A stretch of 30,550 bases of DNA, taken from positions 1 to 30,550 of the IMG/VR virus record IMGVR_UViG_3300020358_000016; one strand, 5' to 3'. The DNA is from a virus. Taxonomy: Duplodnaviria; Caudoviricetes. The notes under the pieces were generated by a model that saw nothing but the letters and a program-made list of their open reading frames with translations, was not told the DNA's origin and searched no databases. The position numbers were made by a program, and so were the translations under genes. Positions 1-6,416 of this stretch are shown piece by piece (position 1 is the stretch's first letter; the number at the start of each line of letters is the position of its first letter).

Positions 1-450
1 TATGTTAGTTGTGTTGATGTTATCTATCATAAAACAGGTAATACCATACAAATCATGGATAAGGAATCTGCTGATAAAATAAACAAACTCGCTAAGAGAA
101 GTGGTTTTGGTATTATGGCAGGAATGAAAGGTGGTAGTGGTGGAGGAACCTCATCTAAAGTATTAGGAAATGTTACAGTATTCAGAATACCTACTGAAGA
201 AGATTATCAAAGAGCTTTAAAAAGACTAGGAGAATTAATTGATTTTGCTAGTCGTAAAAAATGTTTAGAATATGTAGAGCGTCAATATGAAAGTAAGCTT
301 ATTAATTCTAAGCATGTTTTTAATCTTAAAACAATTATAGATACATTATTACCCTTACCGAAAAAGAAAGAAGTTATTAGAGATGAAACTTTAGATGAAG
401 AAGTAACTCATGCATTTAGGAATTGGAAAAACTCAAAAATATACAGATGA
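1..450 (+). CDS. hypothetical protein, 5'-truncated at window edge
   Basis: Frame 1 is open from base 1 (YVSCVDVIYHKTGNTIQI) into the listed ATG at 55. The TGA stop overlaps the next ATG (ATGA 447-450). Confidence 0.75.
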   Translation, partial: YVSCVDVIYHKTGNTIQIMDKESADKINKLAKRSGFGIMAGMKGGSGGGTSSKVLGNVTVFRIPTEEDYQRALKRLGELIDFASRKKCLEYVERQYESKLINSKHVFNLKTIIDTLLPLPKKKEVIRDETLDEEVTHAFRNWKNSKIYR

Positions 451-953
451 TAAAAAATATAATAATGGTACTGCCTTTTGCTCTTACCTTAACAGGATCT
501 GAGAGTAACTATAAAGAGGATATAGAAGTTATGGACAATCCTATTATTGATATTATAGAACCAGAGGTTAACCTCATTAATGGAAAGATTGATAACCGAG
601 AAGAATTAATAGAAGCTATGGCTTTTGTAGAAAGTGGCGGCAATCCTGCAACAATTGGAGATATTAATTTAGGAACTCCTTCAGTAGGACTTTTACAAAT
701 TAGACCTATTATGGTTAGAGAAGTAAATAGGATACTGAGAAAACAAGGATTAGATAAAAGATTTAAAAATAGTGATAGAAAGAGCGGTGATAAATCAATT
801 GAAATGTTTAACATCTGGGCTAATGCATATCACTTAAATAGCTCCTTTGAAAAGATGGCTAGGAATTGGAACGGTGGGCCTAAAGGATACAAGAAATCTG
901 CAACTGCTCATTATTGGAAGAAAGTTCAAAATTATGTAACATTAAATTTATAA
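447..953 (+). CDS. lytic transglycosylase / lysozyme-like (SLT fold) protein with N-terminal hydrophobic segment
   Basis: Catalytic-Glu motif AMAFVESGGNP, motif VGLLQI, and ARNWNGGPKG. Start placed at ATG 447 (ATGA overlap) rather than 423. Confidence 0.8.
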   Translation: MIKNIIMVLPFALTLTGSESNYKEDIEVMDNPIIDIIEPEVNLINGKIDNREELIEAMAFVESGGNPATIGDINLGTPSVGLLQIRPIMVREVNRILRKQGLDKRFKNSDRKSGDKSIEMFNIWANAYHLNSSFEKMARNWNGGPKGYKKSATAHYWKKVQNYVTLNL

Positions 954-956
954 GAT

Positions 957-1388
957 ATGGTAAAAGTAAGAGTAGTATATATGAATGGAAAAGAAAGTCA
1001 ATACGATGTTGATTATCCAAAAGCATACATAGGAAAAATTATAGAAAGGGAAAATGAGCTAATGTTAGATCAAAAATCTGTAAAGGAAATTTATGCAGGA
1101 GATAAACTTATTGCTAAATTTAATAATGGATTTTTAAATGAATTGGTATTAGAAAAACCTAAACAGACCGCAGGTATGGGTAGGTACAAAGGTCATACAG
1201 TTCCAGCAGGTTGTGATGTTGGTCAATATCTAGTTGATGACCGTATGCCTAATATAAAAGATAAGATTAAAGCTGATGAGGATTGGAATGAATATCAAGC
1301 AGAAATTTTACATGCTCAAAAAATGATAAAAGAAAACGTATGGGTAATGGATCATACCGGTGGAAATGTAAAAATTACTTACTCTTAA
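957..1388 (+). CDS. hypothetical protein
   Basis: 143-aa ORF 3 nt after the previous stop; no recognisable motif. Confidence 0.75.
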   Translation: MVKVRVVYMNGKESQYDVDYPKAYIGKIIERENELMLDQKSVKEIYAGDKLIAKFNNGFLNELVLEKPKQTAGMGRYKGHTVPAGCDVGQYLVDDRMPNIKDKIKADEDWNEYQAEILHAQKMIKENVWVMDHTGGNVKITYS

Positions 1389-1395
1389 AGTTATA

Positions 1396-1435
1396 AGGTT
1401 CCCGAGAGTTGAACCTAAACAAAAATTAAGCTCTC
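1396..1435 (+). other. putative H-type RNA pseudoknot
   Basis: S1 AGGTTC(1396-1401)/GAACCT(1411-1416); L1 CC; S2 GAGAGTT(1404-1410)/AGCTCTC(1429-1435) with one G-U; L3 AAACAAAAATTA. Confidence 0.45.
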
Positions 1436-1443
1436 TATATAAT
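1417..1443 (+). promoter_or_regulatory. putative promoter, class A (AAACAA-N15-TATAAT)
   Basis: The same bipartite motif occurs at 3530, 14638 and 23873, each upstream of a gene start. Confidence 0.5.
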
Positions 1444-1458
1444 TAAACAAAAAAGAAG

Positions 1459-1971
1459 ATGAAGAAGATTTTATGGATGTTAATGGTTTCGCTTGGCCTA
1501 CAATTACAAGCACAAAACAATTTATGTGACTCATTATCATATACCTCAATGGAAGGTTTACCTTTAATGGTATCTGGGAGTACTAATGGACTATCTCCTA
1601 ATATGATAGATTCTATAGATTGGAATTTTACAGCATGTAATACAGTAACATGTTACACACCACAAGGTAATAACCCTTATTCATTTCCACTGATCAATAT
1701 GACAGACACAGTTAAATTATGTTATGATGCTTTTGTATATTGGTTTGGAACTGCTACAGTATGTAATCATTGTGATTCACTAATCTATGATTTAACTGAT
1801 AGTACTTGGGTAGTTTATAATAGAATGGGTAATCCAACTAACATAGAGGAATTGACAACTACTGAAAAAGTTGACTACAGAATATTTAATGTATTAGGTA
1901 GACAATTAGTAGAGGCTCCGATTGGCGAAATGTATATTCAAAATAAAAAGAAGTATATTAAGCTAAAATAA
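1459..1971 (+). CDS. secreted Cys-containing protein with T9SS C-terminal sorting-domain-like tail
   Basis: Signal peptide MKKILWMLMVSLGLQLQA|Q; C-terminus TNIEEL...RIFNVLGRQLVEAPIGEMYIQNKKKYIKLK. Confidence 0.7.
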   Translation: MKKILWMLMVSLGLQLQAQNNLCDSLSYTSMEGLPLMVSGSTNGLSPNMIDSIDWNFTACNTVTCYTPQGNNPYSFPLINMTDTVKLCYDAFVYWFGTATVCNHCDSLIYDLTDSTWVVYNRMGNPTNIEELTTTEKVDYRIFNVLGRQLVEAPIGEMYIQNKKKYIKLK

Positions 1972-1988
1972 TAAAAAGCTATAAGACT

Positions 1989-2017
1989 AAAAGGCCACTC
2001 ATTGAGTGGTCTTTTTT
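1989..2017. terminator. bidirectional intrinsic terminator
   Basis: AAAA-GGCCACTC-ATT-GAGTGGTC-TTTTTT between the convergent genes 1459..1971(+) and 2021..2272(-). Confidence 0.85.
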
Positions 2018-2020
2018 AGT

Positions 2021-2272
2021 TTATTTAAAATTCTTAAAGTTAGTAACGTGGTTTTCGTTCTGAGTTTTTTCATCTTCATGATCTTCCTCCCAGTGAGGAC
2101 TTATAACACCAGGATCTCTGGTTGGATGGACATCAAATCCTTGTCTTACTGGACTATCATAAGCATTAGTATCTTTTCCTCCAGCTAAATCATCAAACAT
2201 ATCTTTGAATTGTTTAATCGTTCCTTTATAATGCCTAATTGCATTTGCATCTTTATCTTCTTGTGGATCCAT
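2021..2272 (-). CDS. small acidic hypothetical protein, possibly virion-internal
   Basis: 83 aa; TAATG coupling to the upstream gene; ends in NHVTNFKNFK. Confidence 0.7.
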   Translation of the reverse strand: MDPQEDKDANAIRHYKGTIKQFKDMFDDLAGGKDTNAYDSPVRQGFDVHPTRDPGVISPHWEEDHEDEKTQNENHVTNFKNFK

Positions 2273-2592
2273 TACTTATTTAGTTTTTTCATTATAGGTT
2301 CTAAGTTAATCTTTATTCCATAACCTGCACCTTGGTCATTCTTAACAGGTAGAAATTTGATTTCTCTGAATTGTTTATTAGCATATTTTAGAATAGCTTC
2401 TATAATATCATCTCTATCTATATCATCTAATTGATCTAAGTCTTTACTTGAAGCTGCAATAAATCTAATCATATTATTTAATGATGTAGGAGTTGCTATT
2501 ACTTTAAATTTTGCAACCCTACTTCCATCTTCAGGGTGAGGAAATACTACTTGTGCATTTTCATTTAAGAAATTTTCAAACTTGTCTATCAT
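2272..2592 (-). CDS. hypothetical protein with capsid-targeting-like leader
   Basis: N-terminus MIDKFENFLNE; TAATG overlaps at both ends. Confidence 0.75.
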   Translation of the reverse strand: MIDKFENFLNENAQVVFPHPEDGSRVAKFKVIATPTSLNNMIRFIAASSKDLDQLDDIDRDDIIEAILKYANKQFREIKFLPVKNDQGAGYGIKINLEPIMKKLNK

Positions 2593-3047
2593 TACTTTTT
2601 ATATTTTTGTTTAAGCTGATGAATTGATGTTTGGATTTTTAATCTTTGTAAATCTATTTTATCAAGTGATATTCTTAATTGATAATATTGTACAGCAAAA
2701 GGATCTTCTCTATCTTGTGCAGCTCTGAATCTTTCAATGTTTTGCTGTTCTCTTCTTTTTAATCTTTCAGCAGTTTCATTTGGATTAAATTCATGTTTCT
2801 CTGCTTCAGTAACTCCATCATTTCCATCCATCGTATCATGAACTGAATTTAAATTTTTAACCGAGTCTGAAATTTTAGAATACATCCAAGCATCTAGAGT
2901 TTGACCTTGTGACATTCTATCTTTAATCATATCAGCATAATCAGCTATTCTTTCAAGATTAGTGTTTGCCATACTATTAAGATTATCAATAGTATTGTCA
3001 TTTTCATTAAAGGATTCAAATCCTGGTATTAAGTTTATGCTTGCCAT
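2592..3047 (-). CDS. hypothetical helical protein with capsid-targeting-like leader
   Basis: N-terminus MASINLIPGFESFNE; C-terminus looks coiled-coil. Confidence 0.75.
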   Translation of the reverse strand: MASINLIPGFESFNENDNTIDNLNSMANTNLERIADYADMIKDRMSQGQTLDAWMYSKISDSVKNLNSVHDTMDGNDGVTEAEKHEFNPNETAERLKRREQQNIERFRAAQDREDPFAVQYYQLRISLDKIDLQRLKIQTSIHQLKQKYKK

Positions 3048-3048
3048 A

Positions 3049-3501
3049 TTAAAATGTTGATTTAATTATTAGATCTTGAATTTCAGCTGTAAGTTTTTTC
3101 TCACCTGCTCTTGTAACAAGTTTCTTATCCATTAAATGATCTACAATAACAGATGCTAATACTTTAGCTCCAGACGGTTTATCTTTTCCAGCTACCTGAA
3201 CCATTGCTTCATTAGTAGCAGAATAAGATTCATAAGCTTTATCTATTGCTTCATTAATATGTTTCTTAGCTTCTTTAAGATATGAATCGGCTTTATGTTT
3301 GTCATTATCATTTTTTTCATAAGTATTTGCTTCTTGTGCTACATGATTTGAACATGATTCTACTACACCAGATATTGGAGTCATACTATAACCTGTTTGT
3401 GGTGTTGCTCCACCTAGTGCAAAATTGTTAATTCCCATTTGACCGAAACCTGCTGCTACAATAGTTTCATTAAATTTATCGAACTCTGGTATCTTACTCA
3501 T
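3049..3501 (-). CDS. hypothetical protein with capsid-targeting-like leader
   Basis: Start re-assigned to ATG 3501 (MSKIPEFDKFNE), downstream of the minus-strand AATATATAA motif. The listed start at 3552 would run through the promoter region. Confidence 0.75.
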   Translation of the reverse strand: MSKIPEFDKFNETIVAAGFGQMGINNFALGGATPQTGYSMTPISGVVESCSNHVAQEANTYEKNDNDKHKADSYLKEAKKHINEAIDKAYESYSATNEAMVQVAGKDKPSGAKVLASVIVDHLMDKKLVTRAGEKKLTAEIQDLIIKSTF

Positions 3502-3517
3502 AATTAGTTTTATTTGT

Positions 3518-3526
3518 TTATATATT
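3518..3526 (-). promoter_or_regulatory. putative late promoter, class B (AATATATAA)
   Basis: Plus strand reads TTATATATT; 25 nt from motif start to ATG 3501, in line with the other copies. Confidence 0.6.
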
Positions 3527-3529
3527 TGT

Positions 3530-3557
3530 AAACAAACTTTGAGTTTGTGCATATAAA
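3530..3557 (+). promoter_or_regulatory. putative promoter, class A (AAACAA-N16-TATAAA)
   Basis: Precedes ATG 3571, the first gene of a plus-strand run, and is divergent from the minus-strand cluster. Confidence 0.5.
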
Positions 3558-3570
3558 AATAAACATAATT

Positions 3571-3756
3571 ATGTCAGAATTTTTTAGAACTCAAATGGGC
3601 CGTAAATTAATAGACGGTGATATACCTAAATTAGTAAATGTCTTAGAGAGAATTGCCAATCAACTTGAGAAAAAGAACAAATTAGAAGAAAGAAAATTTG
3701 TATTAGAAGAAAGAATACAAAAGCTTACAATAAAAGAATCAAATAAGAATGCCTAA
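3571..3756 (+). CDS. small coiled-coil hypothetical protein
   Basis: Start re-assigned to ATG 3571 (MSEFFRTQMGRKL) after an A-rich leader. Confidence 0.7.
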   Translation: MSEFFRTQMGRKLIDGDIPKLVNVLERIANQLEKKNKLEERKFVLEERIQKLTIKESNKNA

Positions 3757-4015
3757 AAAGGATATTACATATAAACAATTTATTGCTCACATGGATAAAG
3801 GTAATAAAGTTTATATGAAAAAACCTAAGTCATGGCAAAAGGTATGGTTTTGGTGGGAGAGCAAAAAAGAAAAATGGTTTTTAAATAAAGCATTTGATAA
3901 AAGAACAGATGGAAGAGTAGAACCAGAACCTTCGGTATGGATCACGGCTAAACAAATGGAAGGCCACATGGATCACATGAGTAGGATGGGTTATAAATAT
4001 CATATAGATGAGTAG
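3749..4015 (+). CDS. hypothetical Trp/Lys-rich protein
   Basis: 88 aa with 8-nt overlaps to both neighbours. Confidence 0.7.
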   Translation: MPKKDITYKQFIAHMDKGNKVYMKKPKSWQKVWFWWESKKEKWFLNKAFDKRTDGRVEPEPSVWITAKQMEGHMDHMSRMGYKYHIDE

Positions 4016-4352
4016 ATTACTATTAGCATTCTTGTTGTTCTTTATTGGACAATCTGCAATATGGTTTCAGACAAATGGACAATTTGTATGGCCTTGGTTT
4101 AAAAAAAATCCTTTTACTGTTTCAGTTATATTTGGAACAGCAATTAGTTACATATTAATATATGGTACTAAGTTTATGGTTGAATACTATGATGGGCTAT
4201 TATGGCCAGGCAGATTTATTGCCTTTGGTTCTGGTATTATTTCATTTACATTTTTAACTTGGTATTTCTTAGGAGAAGGGATTACATTAAAAACAGTTGT
4301 ATCATTATTCATAGCATGTAGTTTAATAGGTATACAATTATTTTGGAAATGA
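4008..4352 (+). CDS. small four-helix membrane protein (DMT/SMR/EamA-like)
   Basis: Four hydrophobic segments; FLGEGITLKTVVSLFI resembles the DMT-family LGExxT motif. Confidence 0.6.
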   Translation: MSRLLLAFLLFFIGQSAIWFQTNGQFVWPWFKKNPFTVSVIFGTAISYILIYGTKFMVEYYDGLLWPGRFIAFGSGIISFTFLTWYFLGEGITLKTVVSLFIACSLIGIQLFWK

Positions 4353-4513
4353 AAAAAGAAAATGACATAGAGAGACCTCTTAAAGGTCCAGATAAAGATT
4401 TTAGAAAAATGGTTACTACAGGGTTAGGTCTTATAGCTGGTGTAAGCTTAGCTATAAGTTGTACTGTTTCCATTATTATTCTTTTAGTACTTTATATCTC
4501 TAGCCTAATTTAA
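4349..4513 (+). CDS. 54-aa single-pass membrane protein (not in ORF track)
   Basis: MKKENDIERPLKGPDKDFRKMVTTGLGLIAGVSLAISCTVSIIILLVLYISSLI*. ATGA overlap upstream and TAATG overlap downstream fill the gap exactly. Confidence 0.7.
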   Translation: MKKENDIERPLKGPDKDFRKMVTTGLGLIAGVSLAISCTVSIIILLVLYISSLI

Positions 4514-5334
4514 TGAAAGATCCTTACCACATACTAGGAGTAAATAAAACTTCATCAGCAAGTGATATTAAAAAAGCTTATAGAAAGTTAGCTAAAGAAA
4601 ATCACCCTGATACTGTAGATGGCAATGAAGAAAGATTTAAAGAAATTGCTGATGCATATGAAACTTTAGGAAATACTCAAAAGAAAGATCAATATGATCA
4701 AAGACAATCTAATCCATTTGGTGCAGGTTTTGGTGGAGATTTTTCTGAAAGTATGTTTGAAGATTTACTTAGAAATCAAAATTTTAGTGGAGCATTCAAT
4801 CAAAGATATGGTTATAATCAAAAAGGTAGAAATACCACAGGAGTTTTACGTATAACATTGGCTGATGCTTATTATGGTACCAGTAGAGATGTTAGTATTG
4901 GAATGAAAACAATTAAATTAGATATTCCAGCAGGTATTAGAAGTGGTCAAAAATTAAGATTAAAAGGATTAGGACAAAGAGGCCAAACTGAAGACTTAAG
5001 TGGCGATTTAATTATGACAATAGAAGTTGTAAATGACAATAACTTTTTTATAGATAATCAAGGTTTGCATACAATTAAAAATATAAATTTATTTGATGCT
5101 ATATTAGGAGGTAAAGAAACCGTTGATTGCTTTGATAAAACTATAACATTTACAATTCCTCCTGGAACAGCTAACGGTAAAGTATTAAGAGTTAAAGGTA
5201 AAGGATTTCCAGTTTATAAACAATCTACATTTTCTGATTTACTTATAAGCATTATTGTAGATATACCAACTAACTTAGACGAAGAAGATAAAAAAGCAAT
5301 ACAAAAAATAAAAGATAAACATAATGGAAAGTAA
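4513..5334 (+). CDS. dnaJ: DnaJ-class co-chaperone (type II / CbpA-like, no zinc finger)
   Basis: J-domain MKDPYHILGV...IKKAYRKLAKENHPD...FKEIADAYETL; G/F-rich linker; DnaJ C-terminal repeats IPAGIRSGQKLRLKGLG and IPPGTANGKVLRVKGKGFP. Confidence 0.92.
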   Translation: MKDPYHILGVNKTSSASDIKKAYRKLAKENHPDTVDGNEERFKEIADAYETLGNTQKKDQYDQRQSNPFGAGFGGDFSESMFEDLLRNQNFSGAFNQRYGYNQKGRNTTGVLRITLADAYYGTSRDVSIGMKTIKLDIPAGIRSGQKLRLKGLGQRGQTEDLSGDLIMTIEVVNDNNFFIDNQGLHTIKNINLFDAILGGKETVDCFDKTITFTIPPGTANGKVLRVKGKGFPVYKQSTFSDLLISIIVDIPTNLDEEDKKAIQKIKDKHNGK

Positions 5335-5608
5335 TAACAATAATGGGTTTGGTGATGACTTTATTAAAAGTCTATTGCTAACTTTAGAGCAAACCAACTT
5401 TGATGAATTTATGAATCTTTCATATGCAGTAATGATGCAAAGTCCTAGCCAAGTTTTAAAAAGAAGGGATTCAGTAGACATGAAACTTGATGCAATTAAC
5501 GGAATGATAAAATATTTTGAGGAAATAGAAGCATATGAAAAATGTACTAACTTACAAAAACTTAAACACTTGTTATTTTTAAATACTTCAGATGATGAAG
5601 ACATATAA
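5324..5608 (+). CDS. hypothetical protein
   Basis: 94 aa overlapping the dnaJ stop; EEIEAYEKC...L motif loosely resembles a UVR helical hairpin. Confidence 0.7.
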   Translation: MESNNNNGFGDDFIKSLLLTLEQTNFDEFMNLSYAVMMQSPSQVLKRRDSVDMKLDAINGMIKYFEEIEAYEKCTNLQKLKHLLFLNTSDDEDI

Positions 5609-5619
5609 AGTAAAGCACA

Positions 5620-5628
5620 AATAAATAA
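5620..5628 (+). promoter_or_regulatory. putative class B promoter variant (AATAAATAA)
   Basis: 23 nt before ATG 5643, but in an A-rich context where a chance match is possible. Confidence 0.35.
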
Positions 5629-5642
5629 AAAAATAATTAACT

Positions 5643-6224
5643 ATGCAAACAAGCCTAATCATAACAGATAATTTTTATAATGAACCAGACGAAATTAGAA
5701 AATACGCCTTAGCACAAAAATTTGGAACTAGGGGTAATTTTCCTGGTCAAAGAACTAAGCCAGTTCATCACTGGGATTGCCAAGACGTAATACAAAGAAT
5801 CATCCACTCTCATGGTGGAGACATTACATATTTTGGAGATGATTATACTACAGCATTTCAATATACAACAGCAAAAGATTCTAGTTGGATTCATGCAGAC
5901 CAAACTACAAAATGGGCAGGTGTTTTATATTTAACACCTAATGCACCAGCTAACGGTGGTACTGGTTTATTTAGACATAAAGAAACTGGGTGGGAAACTG
6001 CGCCAAGATTAAAAGATGGTAGTTATGACAAAAAAGGAATTGATAGAATGAATGCTGATGCAAGGAATTATGATAAATGGGAAATGACTGCAATGACTGC
6101 TCCAATTTATAATAGATTAATTTTATATAGAGGAGATATGTTTCATACTTCATTAGAATATTGGGGTAAGAACAAGCATGACGGTAGATTATTCCAAACA
6201 TTCTTTTTTGATACAGAATACTAA
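5643..6224 (+). CDS. DUF6445-like 2OG-Fe(II) oxygenase superfamily protein
   Basis: DNFYNEPD, FPGQRT, HxD (WIHAD), WAGVLYLTP, GGTGLF, YNRLILY, distal His (MFHTS), GRLFQTFFF. Confidence 0.8.
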   Translation: MQTSLIITDNFYNEPDEIRKYALAQKFGTRGNFPGQRTKPVHHWDCQDVIQRIIHSHGGDITYFGDDYTTAFQYTTAKDSSWIHADQTTKWAGVLYLTPNAPANGGTGLFRHKETGWETAPRLKDGSYDKKGIDRMNADARNYDKWEMTAMTAPIYNRLILYRGDMFHTSLEYWGKNKHDGRLFQTFFFDTEY

Positions 6225-6235
6225 AGGATTTAATT

Positions 6236-6308
6236 TGTCCGATGGTGTAACTGGCAACACGTCTGTTTTTGGTGCAGAAGAGTCTAGGTTCGATCCCTAG
6301 TCGGACAA
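6236..6308 (+). tRNA. tRNA-Gln(UUG)
   Basis: Acceptor TGTCCGA/TCGGACA; D-arm GTGT/ACAC; anticodon stem TCTGT/GCAGA with loop TT-TTG-GT; T-arm CTAGG-TTCGATC-CCTAG; CCA not encoded. Confidence 0.93.
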
Positions 6309-6380
6309 CATTGTTTCAGAATTGTTAATAACTTTTTGAAAAAAACAAGAATTTATAGTTCAGAACCGAGAAAATTGTAT

Positions 6381-6397
6381 TATATTTATATTATAAT
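6381..6397 (+). promoter_or_regulatory. possible host-sigma (early) promoter TATATTTA...TATAAT
   Basis: Resembles the Bacteroidota -7 element TAnnTTTG. The same TATATTTA-N3-TATAAT arrangement recurs at 14648-14664. Confidence 0.35.
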
Positions 6398-6416
6398 AAA
6401 TTAAACAAAACGGAAT

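Noticed and set aside
1393-1435. preQ1-I riboswitch (GGUUC loop plus A-rich tail)
   Set aside because: In the preQ1 register P1 is only 3 bp, the ligand-pairing C at the loop end is an A, and no queuosine-related gene follows.
1380-1458. Programmed frameshift or readthrough fusing 957..1388 to 1459..1971
   Set aside because: There is no X-XXY-YYZ heptamer in frame, and all three frames hit stops before 1459.
6236-6308. tRNA as prophage attachment site
   Set aside because: No integrase, no duplicated tRNA 3' end noticed, and phage-like genes on both sides.
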